Made by a program: the position numbers and the translations under genes. The notes under the pieces were generated by a model. The model did not search any database, had not been told where the DNA came from, and saw nothing but the letters and a program-made list of their open reading frames with translations. A DNA stretch of 64,000 bases from Lama glama (lineage: Eukaryota): positions 62,994,001-63,058,000 of the forward strand of contig CM052816.1 in the NCBI GenBank assembly GCA_028534125.1. The letters run 5' to 3'. Positions 1 through 12,324 of this stretch are shown here, in pieces (positions within the stretch are counted from its first letter, which is position 1; each line of letters opens with the position of its first letter).

Positions 1-39
1 CAAAAGGTAAATGATATCTATGAAAGCCTGAACCTACAT

Positions 40-231
40 CAAGGGTCAGCAGATACTTTCCACAAAGTGTCAGCAACTAGTAATACTTCAGGCTTTGCAA
101 GATTCTGTTGCAAGTACTCAACTCTGTGGCATGAAAGCAGCCATGTACAATATGTAAATGAGCAAATGTAGCTGAATTGCAATAAAACTTTACTTACAAA
201 GCATGTGGCAGGCCGTGGTGCACCAACCCTA
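40..231 (-). mobile_element. MER58A-like hAT-Charlie MITE
   Basis: Termini CAAGGGTCAGCA...CCAACCCTA resemble CAGGGGTCGGCA TIRs. The internal 'gaaagcagccatgtacaatatgtaaatga...aataaaacttta' matches the reverse of the remembered MER58A consensus. Flanks acctacat/atctatgc resemble the Charlie NTCTAGAN target. Confidence 0.8.
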
Positions 232-239
232 ATCTATGC

Positions 240-1180
240 AAAGGAATGAGGACCACTAGCAATGGTAAATACACTGGTAAACATACAAGCTGTTTTTCTC
301 ATTAAAAATTTCTTCAAAAATCAAAAACTTGAAGCACCACTTCCCTACAACAACTTATAATAAAGTCAAAGGCACAAAACTAATAAGCCCAATTGTGGAG
401 ATAAAATGAAGTCCTTAAAATACTCAACTAACCCAAAAGAAAGCCAAAAACAAGGCAAAGGAAACAACAAAAAAGGAAAAATAGAAAACAAATAGCAAGA
501 GAATAGCAGTAAATCCAACTATATGGAAACTCATGTACCATTTTAATTATAAAAAATGTAGATTGCATAAAATTACATGAAATGTAAAAAGGCAGAGATT
601 GTCAGACTGATTTAAAAAGCAAGGCCCAGCTATATACAAGAGGTGCATTTTAAATATAAAAACCGAGATGTAAAATGATACATGTAAATGTGAATAGAAA
701 AGCAGGAACGGCTACATTAATATCTGACAAAGTAGACAAAGATAAGAAGTATTGCCAGAGATAAAGAAGGGCTGCGCAATTTCTGACACAAAGTCTGAAC
801 ATTCTTGAAGTTCTTTATCAGTACTGGCTGCTTCTAATATTTTTGGATTTCCTTTGTCACAAGTTTTTGACAATTTGATTAAGATGTGCCATGGTGTCAT
901 TTTCTTTCTGAGATAAAGAAGGTCAATTCATCAAGAAGACATAATAATCCTAAATATGCATATACTCACCTAGAAGCAGACCATCAAAATACAGAAAGCA
1001 AACACCAACAGAGTCCAAGGAGACACAGATCCATCCACGAGGGTTTTAAAAGAATGCATTAAGTATATACGTGAAAAGAATCTAATAGGCATACAGAAAA
1101 CAAGAAACTAACACAGGCGTAGAAGACCATCAAACAAATTCACTGAACTGACATAACATGTCACCCAACATCTGAAGAAT
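240..1180 (+). mobile_element. Old L1 (L1M-type) ORF1-end/ORF2 endonuclease-region fossil
   Basis: A-rich decayed L1 motifs: 'aaatgtaaaaaggcagagattgtcagactg', 'tacattaatatctgacaaagtagac', 'tcaattcatcaagaagacataataatcctaaat'. Confidence 0.8.
771..909 (-). mobile_element. Inverted L1 ORF1 fragment between 13-bp direct repeats
   Basis: The minus strand encodes KMTPWHILIKLSKTCDKGNPKILEAA...SDFVSE, matching L1 ORF1p 'TPRHIIIKL.K.KDKEKILKAAR...ADFSSE'. Flanked by GAGATAAAGAAGG at 758-770 and 910-922. Confidence 0.75.
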
Positions 1181-1605
1181 TTTTTTTTTAATGTACAATT
1201 CTGTGGCTTTTAGTACATTCACAAAGTTGTATTTGTGGGAGAGGGCGAGCTGAGAGTCTCTCTACTCTGCCATCTTGGCTCAATCTGTATTCACAAAGTT
1301 GTGCAACTATGACCACCATCTAACTCAGAACGTCTCCAGCCCCCAGAAAGAGTGCCTGTACCCGCTAGCAGTCACGTCATCTCTCCCTCCCCTTCACCCC
1401 TGGCCACCACTCATCTGTTTCCTGTCTCTATGGATTTGTCTATTTCAGACATAATATACAAATGAAATCATCCAATTCATGGTCTTTTGTGTCCGACTTC
1501 TTTCTCTTAGCATAATGTTTTTAAGGTTCATTCTTGTGTAACATGAATCAATACTCCATTTCTTTTCCATTGTATAGGTATACCATGTTTTATCTATGAA
1601 TCCAT
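1180..1605 (-). mobile_element. L1MB-like 3' end, antisense
   Basis: Poly(T) at 1180 followed by 'tgtacaattctgtggcttttagtacattcacaaagttgtgcaac...ctgtctctatggatttg...ttagcataatgtttttaaggttcat'. Confidence 0.8.
1231..1288 (-). mobile_element. Isolated L1 5'-terminal fragment with 14-bp TSD
   Basis: The minus strand reads CCAAGATGGCAGAGTAGAGAGACTCTCAGCTCGCCCTCTCCCACAAAT, an L1 5'-end pattern with a YY1 AAGATGGC motif. ATTCACAAAGTTGT is repeated at 1217-1230 and 1289-1302. Confidence 0.7.
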
Positions 1606-2705
1606 TAGGCTTTCCTCAATATATTTCATTTACTGATCACTAATGATGTCAGAGAGCCAAAGGAAATAAGTTAAACAAGAGTTAGAAACAGGAGGGAGAA
1701 ATAAAGATACTCAGTTTAGACATCAGTCTGCCTCGTTTTTACTCACTTGAAAATCTAAGTTCTCTAGGAAAAGGCCTAGACCGTTCTGATTCATGGCATC
1801 CCAGAGAGTCTTAATTCCAAAAGTGATGTCATTTTCAAAACGTAAACATGGTTTCATTAACTTTTACGCCTAAATTTTTCACTCCCCTTGAGATTACAAT
1901 GAGGCTCAAGGGGATACATTTTTTAAATTCTGAGTGTTCTAGAATCAGTTCTTAGATATTAACTATTTAATTAAGCAGAGGCTACATTACTCCCCTCTAA
2001 AGCAGCTATAGCTGAAATTGGTTCAAGCTAGAAATATCTATTATGTTATATAAATTTATTATAAATTAAATGGTAACTTACTGGCAGAATTGTCCAGGAA
2101 ATTCTCTCTTCCCAGTAATGTCATTTTCCCTGAATTTCCCATAAATTTCTGTCATTCCTACAGATCATGCTAGCAGCCCTTGATCTGCATTTTTCTGAAG
2201 GGCTAAACTAAGGACATTCTGCAGGAATTGATTGAATCTACAGTTTAGTGAGGAAATTTAAAGATAGTATCTTTTAGGCTTAAATTTATTGTCTCTAGAA
2301 GCTGAGTTATAGCAAAGTCATTTTTCATAATGCTCATTCACCAGAGTGAAAACTTCATTTTCTGGAATGAAAGACTATCATTTAGAATACCACAAACTGG
2401 AATGCTTTTCCTTACTCACAAATGCTCTTCTGATTATGACAATATACATTTGCATGTACTTTGCTAATTAGGAACACAGACATTTAAACATAAGTTATAT
2501 TTTACATTTCCTGAGTAAATTTTACCTTTATCTTTGAAATGGTATAAGAAAGACTGTAAGGGAAAACATTTAAGATGCTTTAATGAACAAGTGGTTTTCA
2601 AGAACCTCCAAAGCATCTACAAACATATGTTCAAACTGTCTTGAATCAAAAATAGCTTGTTTTGTTAAAAATCTATCTTCTAAGAGACTCTTATACAGTA
2701 CTTGT

Positions 2706-3545
2706 GAATTCAATAAATATTTATTGAGCACCTATGTCTTCTAGGTGAGATAGGCTGGGACCTGGGATCCTCTACCAAAGAGCTTGCACCTGGACAAACA
2801 TCTCCTCGGCCAACAGGACACAAAGAATCTATAGGTGACTAAAAATAACTGCATACAGGCACAAGCTGGGGCAATTATGAGCAATAGGATACAAAAAGAC
2901 CACAACAAACTGCCATGTCTGAGGTGCTGCAAGCTGAAGCAGGGAGCTGCCCATGATTCCTGCATAGGGTACCACCAAGGCGGTAGACTGACGACCTAAG
3001 CTACACCCCCTACCCAACCCGCAGATCCACCCCTGTTGTTACCCCATTTAAAGACCCCAGCAGCTCCCATCAGAGAGCGAGCAGGGGCACCTGTTTCCTC
3101 CTGTCACTCCCTCGTGCTACAGCATGAACCCCAATAAAGCCTTGCCTGAAATTCTCACATAGCCTCTTATCAATTTCTATTGTTTAAGGAGTCCAAGGGC
3201 CCAGTCAGTAACATAGGTGCCTGGGATACATCCATAAATAAAACACTGTGGGAGGGGAAAGATAAATAAACATAAATATAATGAATAAGTTACTTAGGAT
3301 GTTAAAAGGTGATAGATTTTGTAGGATAAAGAAAAAGAACTAATCAGGAAACTAAGAAGAAGGAATGCTGGGCAGGGGTGAGGGGTAGAGGGGAGATAAT
3401 GCCAGCTACCATTTTGGATAGTGTGCTTAGACAGGCCTCCTTGAGAAAGTAACATTCTTTTTTTTTTTTTTAAGTGTAGGTAAAGGAGTGAGCCATATGA
3501 ATATCTGGAGGAAGAACATTCCAGGCAGAGGGAAGTGCAAACATC
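2706..3545 (-). mobile_element. L2 3' fragment, split by the LTR at 2746-3213
   Basis: 'ttcaataaatatttattgagcacctatg..tagg|tgcctgggataca' and 'ggaagaacattccaggcagaggga' are typical antisense L2 3'-end motifs. Confidence 0.7.
2746..3213 (+). mobile_element. ERV1-class solo LTR
   Basis: TG...CA termini (TGAGATAGGCTGGG...CAGTAACA), perfect 4-bp TSD TAGG (2742-2745/3214-3217), AATAAA at 3133-3138. Confidence 0.9.
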
Positions 3546-3899
3546 CTAAGGTGGTATGTTTTGAGCTTCCTAGTTCTGATAGTGTTGTTGCTTTTCTCCC
3601 AGTCCTGAAGAAAGGCTCAAATCCCTTGGCCCTACCTCTTCTTTGCCTTATTCATGTGAGTTTACTTGGCCCTCCTGACCCCTGGTCCATTACGTCCTTC
3701 TTGGCAGTACCTTTCCTCAGCGCTTTTATGCATCTTACATACATGGCTTCCCATGCCTCCTGAACTGCCTTCTTGGTCCCTCCATCTCACTGTTCTGATC
3801 ATGGATCTTTCAGAAGCTCCCCATTACTTGCTGGATTAAGTTCAGATTTCTTAGCACTTAACAATTTCTCCTACCTGCTCTCTCAGCTATCTTTTTATC

Positions 3900-4190
3900 C
3901 TCACGCTCCCAACTCCCTGACTGCAGGCCAAAACTGGACTACAAACTTTCTGTAACTTTCCTGGCACCTGCCCACGCTTTACTTTTCTCATGCTCTTCCC
4001 TCTTCCTGAAATGTTCATGCCAGCTCTAACCGCTCCTATTTGAAATCTAAACTGTTCCTAAAGGACCCACTCACATACCACCTCACTTGTAACGTGTTTT
4101 CTGATTTCCCCAGTTGATGTGATGGCTCCCTCCCCTCACCTTCCAAAGCACTTTGCACTACTCTTACCTCACGGATCATACTCTACTTTG
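3900..4190 (+). mobile_element. L2 fragment
   Basis: Pyrimidine-rich L2-like text: 'catgctcttccctcttcctgaaatgttc...cccactcacataccacctc'. Confidence 0.5.
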
Positions 4191-4547
4191 TATTATGGTT
4201 GCTTCTAATGCTGTAGTAGTCTTCCAGCAGATTGAAATGTCCTAAGTTTAGCCACAATTGCTCACAGATTTTTATATGATGCACAGCACACACCACAATC
4301 AAGTGGGAGGAACTTGCAACTGAATCTTCCAGGAAAAAGCAGAGAATATACAGCTGACTGGGATTACATGTCACACTGATAAAGTTTTGGAAATCTGGGC
4401 TGTATAAGAGACTATAGAAATATTTCTGAATGACTATCAGCTTCTCTCCAGAGAAATTTGTTAGCAGTAATAGAAATAAAAATGGACTCTGGGACTACTA
4501 ACTTATTTGCATGCTAATATTATATAAAAAATAAAAATAGTGGCATT

Positions 4548-4700
4548 AATAACTGACCATCATTGAGTGACTATTGTGTGTTTGGTACTGTGGTTAATTT
4601 GATTTACTTTATTTACTCCTTGTAAAACCCCATGAAGTAGGTATTTAAATTATTCTCTTCATTGTCAGTTGAAGAAACATGATATGGTTAGTTACTTAAC
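4548..4700 (-). mobile_element. MIR fragment
   Basis: 'cattgagtgactattgtgtg...aaccccatgaagtaggtatt...cagttgaagaaac' resembles the MIR core. Confidence 0.65.
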
Positions 4701-7584
4701 TTACTGCAGCTAACTTTTCCATGATAATCAGGTATCAGTTCTTGGGACATAAGAACACAAGTTTTTCTTCATGTATGAATCTATCTATACATTTTCACAT
4801 ATTCAGTACTTTATGTTGCTCCTTTGTGAGCACTCCTGGACTTTAAACAAGGGTCTCATATTTATTAACTGAATCAAGTAGGATGGCTTAGTTTTAAGAG
4901 TCAAAATTTTAAAATACAGATCTGGATTAATGAATTGAGAAGGGCTTTTTTCATAAAATGACCACAGTTTTATGTAGTCACAACAGTGATCAATAATGAG
5001 AAACAGGTACTTCAGATTTTACTGCTGAGTTGAAAGACAAGGAATTCCTCCACTGAAAGTTGGAGCAAAATTCTTAAGCCAGCATCTAGTAAAATATCTG
5101 TAGGTGGGTCTGCATGTGAGCACACACTGACTTTCGCACAATCCTTAATTTTCCCAAGAAGTTAGGAACAGATTTTCCTAAAGAAAATCAATTATAATTA
5201 CAAAAGACTGTTTCTGCTCTATGAGAAATATTTAACTTCACAGTCCAAGGAACAGGCTCTGATCCTTCAGTGTCATTACCCAGAAAGAAGGGGTTAGGAT
5301 AACTAGTGCTTTCGAGGACCCTCCATGTGGAGGAAAAACCCTTTGGGTTGGACAGTTAAGGAAATCTAAACCCCAGGGTTTCAAACTAGACCATTGAGCC
5401 AGGTATTATCCTCCATCAAGTACCAGAAAAAGAAGTAAAATAAACTCATCTAATTGGTGATGTACAGTATCTCTGGTAAACGAAATGACATAATGCAACA
5501 GAAGGCTGAGTAAAATTGAAAATACCATAGTATCATAAAGGAATTGTATACAAAGCAAAGGATTTATAATTGGGTGATTAGGGGCATTATTTTAATAACT
5601 TGGAAAATCAAGAAGGCCATTGCTTTTATGGAAAAAATATAAAACACAAATTAAAGAAAACATGTTTATATGATCAAAGAAAACTTGGTCACTTAACTGG
5701 TTTATAGGTAAAAAATATGAAGCAGAATATTCTCTCATTGATCATTCAGTTGAGTAAGTCTAAAGCACTTTGATCAGTGTCATTGTATTCTAGTGCACTG
5801 GCTATGCAGTTGTAAAAATCACCTAGGTTAGGAACTCCTCAAAGTCAAGAACCAGGTATCTAGTGAAGAATTTTTGGTATCTAGTGAAGTAGCATGTGTG
5901 GTGCTTTAAAATCAGCAGGCACTCAATAAATGCTTATTGAATATATAGGTTTTGCTTTAGGTTACAGCTGTAAAGTTAAGCCAGTACTTGTGAACTTGGT
6001 TTCACATAGAAAATTTTGAATTTGACATTCAGTTTCTCAAACAGAATTTCTAGATGAATGCATAAAATAAGCCTTTCCCCCTAAGTATCTATTCACCACA
6101 CTTACCAGCATACCTTATCGCAAGCATTCTTGCACCAATCTCCAACTGGCATAAATACAGTACTTTAACTCTGTAGCTCCCTTAGCCAACAGTACATATA
6201 CTACAGTCCAGAAGGCCCTGAAAAAATGTTTGCCAAAGAGTGTAGCACGTTTTACAAAGCAATAGTATTTGTAAACAATTTCTGTCCCCAGGATAGAGTA
6301 AGATTTCCATCCCTCTGTGGTCCCTATCTATTTGCAATGGAGAACTGTGAATTGATCTGTCATGCAGTGAATCTACCTCTCTGGCCACTACTGATTTCAA
6401 TTTACCCAGTCAACAAGGTTCACACACTTACTTTTAAAAGGGTTGAGACTATACGGACTGCCAAAGGATGGCTATTTATCAAGGGAAACCTGAAGCCATT
6501 GGATCAAATTCATCTGCCAGTAACCTGGCGCAGTCTACTAAATCTATCAGAGTCAGATGAGTGTAGAAATGTTTCCACCAAACGAGCCTCTTGTTCTCTC
6601 TTGCTGCTCTAATGCTGCAACCAATTTCAAGCCACCTACTCTTACTGTTTTAAACAACCAGGTATCCGCACCTATTTACTTCACTTACTATATGCAACAA
6701 ACCAAGCCAGCACTCAAAAAGTGGGGTCCTAATGATAACCAGAGAGTCACCTCCGTGCCCCAGTTTCTCCATCTGTACAATGAATAAGGTCGCAGCTGCT
6801 CTTCTCAAGCTTGCCATTGTTCTCATCTTCCTCTGCCTCACAGGCAAACACTGAAATAAGTGAGAAAATGGATTCTGTGTCCAAGCAGGCAGTCATTCCA
6901 GTGGCTCTCTTAAGAAAGGACTCGTATACTCCTTCTGTAGTTTCCTTTACTGTCATATTTCTGGATGGCTTCCATAACTCAGCATCTCTAATATCTAGTA
7001 ACAGAAATAGAGAGTCGTGCTGACTGTAAGGCTGGCAGTTTTAGTTCCTGAGTATTGGTCAGAAGATCAGCTCTTCTGATGCTGGTCAGTTCCCTCTTAG
7101 AGTCTACTTTTCCCTATGAACATCAGTGTGCCACTCTCAAACAGAAGCAAAGGTAAATCCAGACCATCTCTGTTCCTTGTCTTGACTCATAGTATTACCT
7201 ATCAAGGTATCATTTTTTCTTCAAGTATTACCCTCCAAGCATCTCTGCCCAAACCTAGCCTACTTACATTTTGCTATTTCTCCTACTGCAATGTCTCTTA
7301 AGTCTGACTTCTCTTAATGTCATCACTTCCGTCTTTAGACCCTGCTCATTTCTAAAATTATCACAATAGTTAGAGATCTAAGTAATCACTCTTGCTTTCT
7401 ACTATTACCAGAATTATCTTTTAAAACACCAAACTTGTTATACTATTCTCCTCCTTACAAGCCTCCAATGGCATTTCATCACTTACAAAGTTCAAAGTCA
7501 TTAGAATATCAAACAAAGCCTTGAACATCTGGCTATACTCTCACAATGACTAAATTCTAGTTACACCGTATTACTCACTCCCAT

Positions 7585-8012
7585 TGGTTAGGTGTCCCCA
7601 GAAGAGGACCTTTGGATGAGATGGAGAAGGAATTTGGAAGGTGGTTCCAGATAGCACCAGTAGAGAGGTGAAACTGAGCAAGTCAAGAGAAGAAAGTCAG
7701 AGCATGCTAATAAGTGATTATTATGTGGGCTCAGATGTGCACAATTCCTTCAGAGCCTCTCAGTGACTATGTAGAGCATACCTCAAAAGTCATTCCACCC
7801 AAAGGGCAAGGGCCTTGAGGTGTTTGTGCCTGTCATATTTTGAGGCATATTTTGAGTGTGCATTTACTCTCTGACACTTCCAGCCTGCAGGCTGAGCACA
7901 CATCTAGGGCCAGAAGCCTTCAGACAGAACAAATGCTCGCAATAAGGAGCCACCAGCATGAATATGGATAGAATGCTGAGGGCACCAAGCCAGAACACCA
8001 GAAGTGTCTGTT
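7585..8012 (-). mobile_element. Old ERVL-class LTR (LTR33/LTR41-like)
   Basis: 'ggttaggtgtccccagaagaggacc...ggaaggtggttccagatagcaccagtag...gggcaccaagcagaaca' resembles antisense old ERVL LTRs. Confidence 0.45.
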
Positions 8013-8085
8013 ACATTTACCAATCTGTAAATACACTCTGTTCCTTCCCACCTCTACCATACTTTTCTGTCTCTGTTCATTTTTT

Positions 8086-8607
8086 AAATTACAATATAGT
8101 CAGTTACAATATGTCAATTTCTGGTGTACAGCATAATGTCTCAGTCATGCATATTCATACATATATTCATTTTCATATTCTTTTTCATTAAAGGTTATTA
8201 CAAGATATTGAATATAGTTCCCTGTGCTATACAGAAGAAACCTGTTTTTATCTATTTTTACATATAGTGGTTAACATTTGCAAATCTCAAACTCCCAAAT
8301 TTATCCCTTCCCACCCTCTTTCCCTTGGTAACCATAAGATTGTTTACTATGTCTGCAAGTCTGTTTCTGTTTTGTAGATGAGTTCATTAGTGTCCTTTTT
8401 CTTTCTTCTTCTTTTTTTAGATTCCACCCATGCATGGTATCATATGGTATTTTTCTTTCTCTTTCTGGCTTACTTCACTTAGAATGATAATCTCCAGGTC
8501 CAACCATGTTGCTGCAAATGGCATTTTATTCTTTTTCATGGCTGAGTAGTATTCCATTATAGAACCATACCACAACTTCTTTATCTAGTCATCTTTTGAT
8601 GGACATT
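8086..8607 (-). mobile_element. Young (camelid-type) L1 3' end, 5'-truncated
   Basis: L1 3'UTR 'ttacaagatattgaatatagttccctgtgctatacag...ggtaaccataag...ctggcttacttcacttagaatga'; TSD-like TTCATTTTT at 8076-8084 and 8608-8616. Confidence 0.9.
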
Positions 8608-8957
8608 TTCATTTTTAATACTGTTCTGTCTAAAGTGCCTTAATATTACTTTTCCTCCTAGTAAAAAGCCCACATCCCCTGAGACTTCTCCATGGGTACC
8701 AGGCCTGTTGGACACTGTCTTCTGGGCTACATAAGATTCTGTGCATACCTGTGGTAGAAGAGCAGCTACCTTACTGATATGTTTTTACCTCCATCCCTTC
8801 TGTGCACAGTGTAAATAACTCACATTTGAGTTGGAAACAAGTCTTTTACTTGACTGCATTTTCTCAAACAAAAATTCTCAGAGTACAGATCCAGAATGCA
8901 GATTTCTAAGGGCCCTTGGAGAATATTCAGTTCAATCTTTCACCTCACACATGAGCA

Positions 8958-10010
8958 GTATCTGAGTTTGGGTTGCTGTAACAGAATACCATAGAGTGAT
9001 TGGCTTCAACAATTTTCTTTTTTTATTCTTCACAGTTCTGGAGGTTGGGAAGTCCAAGACCAAGGTATAGGCCAATTTGGTTCCTGGTGAGAGCTCTCTT
9101 CCTAGTTTGCAGAAGGGAAAGTATGTCCTCAACATGACGGAGAGGAGAGATCACCTTCCCATGTCTCCTCTTGTAACAGGCTTCCGCATTTTGTTTTTAA
9201 TATGAATCGGCTGAGATTTTTCCAAATCTTTTTAGTTCTCCTTTGCTTAATAATTCCATTTTCAAATATTTCTCTCTTCTCACATTTTACTATAACCAGT
9301 CAGAAGGAACCAAGCCACTAAAACACTGTGTAGAAATCTAGCTAAACGTCCAATTTCATCTCTCTCAAGTTCTATCTTCCATGAAGCACCAGGACAGGAG
9401 CACAGTTCAGCCAACTTCTTTGCCACTTTCTAACAAAGATAGTCTTCTCTCTGTTGTGCAGCTACACATTCTTCATCTCTATCCAAGACCTCATCAGAAT
9501 GGCCTTTATTGTCCATTATTTCTGCTAACATTGCGTACATGATTATTATGCACTGTCCAAGAAGACGGAAGCTTTCTCTATCTTTTCTCAGCTCTCAGCA
9601 GAATAACTTTTAAAATTTCCTTCACAACAATCTCAGCTTGCTAGCATACACTCCAACTTCTTCCAGCTTCTATTACCCAGTCACATTTTTAGGTATTCAT
9701 TACCCTAAACTGAGTAGCTTAAGCAACAGACATTTTTTGTTTTTCTCACAGTTCTGGAGGCTGGAAGTCTGAGATCGGGGTGTCAGCGTGGTCAGGTTCT
9801 TGGTGACTGGCCCCTTCCTGGCCTGCAGGTAGCTGCCTTCTGGACCATGTGCATATAGTGGAAGGAGAGCTAGCTGACCTCTTCTTATAAAGGCACTAAT
9901 CTCACCCACAAGGGCTCCACTGTCATGACTTAATTACCTCCTACTACCATGTTGAGATTAAGATGTCAACATATGAATTGGGGGGAAATACAAACAGACA
10001 GTCCATTTCA
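8958..10010 (-). mobile_element. MaLR (MLT1A/B-like) remnant: partial LTR, internal sequence, LTR
   Basis: Two related LTR segments ('ttcttcacagttctggaggttgggaagtc' ~9030; 'ttctcacagttctggaggctggaagtc' ~9745) bracket ~520 bp resembling MLT1-int. Confidence 0.75.
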
Positions 10011-12324
10011 CATGCTCACCTGAGAGCCTATTAGCCCCAGTCCTCATTCTCTTTCTCATCAATAACCACACCATCCTTCTCTGATGAACTTTCCAAATTA
10101 TGGTGTGTATTATTATTTATACCTTATCCTTACAGTATAGTATGCCATCTGTTATTAATTGAGAGCTCCTTGAGATTGAATCTTTGTCTCAAATATCTTT
10201 ATACCCTCATAGTATTTTCACATGTTTTTGGAATAAATTAATGTATAAATGAATACACAACTGAATGAGTAACAACAAAAAGAAACTGGCCCTCTGTAGC
10301 TGGGGAAATTAATGAACGAGAACTGAGCTTGCTCTGATACCAGGGATGATGAACAATTTCACATCAATCTAGTGTCCACAATAAGAACACAGGTATAGAC
10401 TTCTGAAGTTACTTTTTAAAATAGATTAAGTGTTTTATGGGTATTTTGAGGCCTTGGTGCACTGGATAGTATTTTTCCTTCCTTCATTGGGGTAGCTTGT
10501 CCCTGAAATAGAGATTACTCGGTACATTTCTTCCTGTACACTGGGGTCATCTAAACTGAGAGAGAAAAACCAAGCACTAGGCTAGTATCAAACATAGTTA
10601 AACTGCTTACTTCAAGTTTTCTTTTTGAAAAGTTTTATTTCTACTATTGTAATATTGAGCCTAGGGTCACTAACAGTATTTGTTTTCCTATTTTCTGGGC
10701 AATGAACCCCAACAGATCACTGAGATGTAAGAAACAGAAGACTAAAGCATAAATAAACCTTTAGAAGAGCTAAGAGGAAAAAATCCTGTCTTTTAATATG
10801 GGAATAAGAAAATAGAAATGGCTGTTTAATTCTGACTGTTGGAAGCATTTGAGTTGGTAGACACAATTTGCTGTCCTTCTTTAATATATTTTTTTCAAAT
10901 CTGCAATGATTTTTTTGTAAATTTAAAGAAATGGCCCTTATATATACTTTATGTAATGATTGGAAACCTTTATTTTTGGAAATGAGAGATTTTAGCCTTA
11001 ATTTTATATATATAACCTTAATTGTATATTTATTTTTTAGGAGAAAAATTGTCTTAACTTGCATCAATGATAATTACCATTTTCTCTCTGCTGTGAAAAA
11101 GTAGCAATAGGCTTTTTATACTTTTAAGGATATTTTTGGTTTAGAAACCATTGTTTGAACAGTGAAAAAAGCTGATGGAATCTACTTATGAAGCACAAAC
11201 AGAAAATACTAAATTGCTAATGAGTGAGGGGGTGTTAGCAAATGTGATGCTACAGACAAAAACCTTCTGTGGGATTTTTTGGGATATGTTTTAGGGGTAC
11301 TTAGTTCATTGCTATGGAAGTGAATAACATGCACCAAAAACTCAATAGTAGGGAAATAAGGATCAAGCCTTAGGGCATTTGTAGAAATACATTTCTTGTG
11401 CTTGTAAATTTAAACATTTCCATTGGAGAAAAGCAGTAACTAGCCAATCCAAAGATTAATTTTACACAGAATAGCAAACAGTGATGACAACAGAAAAAAT
11501 GCAAGAACAAGAATTTTAATGTTTTCGTAATTTCTCTTAAAAATTCAGTGTCCCAAACCACAGGACACCTTAGCTACAATTCAGAAACTATTGGATGTGG
11601 TTGTAGTTCTTTCAGGCAAGGGTAACTTGGTGTATCAACTGATACTCTCAGGGCCTACATGAGTTTTAGTGAACTATCTACAGGAGAAATAATAAAAACG
11701 TTGTGTTACTGAGCTTGATCCATTTCCCAAGTGGCATACAGGACAGCTAGAGCAAAGTGGCAATAATTCAAAGGCCAGAGGCTTCTGGGAGCCTCCGTTG
11801 AGGAAAAAATACACTCTGCTGGTTAAATTTCTAGCATTTTATCTTCTTTTTCACTAAAAATGCAATAGTCTTAGCAATTTCTGAAATCACATTAATATGC
11901 TAGTTTCAGAACTTGAACGCAATGAAGAAATTTCAGGGAGGAAAAGAAAAAAAAAAACTCTTTTTCCTGAAGCACCAATGTAGGCATATTAATGGATATG
12001 AATTTGATTTTTGGAAATAATGTCCTAAAATATGTACTTTGGAATCATTAACTGAGATTATCCCTGGGAATAAGTTTCTTTCGAAGAATATAAAGTGTTT
12101 TTTCCCAAAATCTACAACATTTCAATTTGTTAAGGAGTAAAGTTTTTAGCAGAAGTGTGAAAAATTAGAAGGCAAAGCATTTGATGGTTACTTACTTGGC
12201 AAGATCTGGCCAGCAAAAAAAAAATATGCTAAGCAAAAAATCAATGGTAATTACAGATTCTTCACCTCCTTAATTAGGAAATGGGGAAAGTATCATACTC
12301 TCCTGCTCTTAGATCATCACTATT

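Noticed and set aside
5855..5889. 14-bp direct repeat GGTATCTAGTGAAG separated by AATTTTT
   Set aside because: Only two copies and no L1-endonuclease-type junction; a simple local duplication, not an array or element.
6226..6612. 128-aa plus-strand ORF
   Set aside because: No recognisable domain or splice context; length is compatible with chance.
10346..10404. ATGATGA...CTGA pair resembling a C/D snoRNA
   Set aside because: No terminal stem and no recognisable rRNA guide; such motif pairs are frequent by chance.
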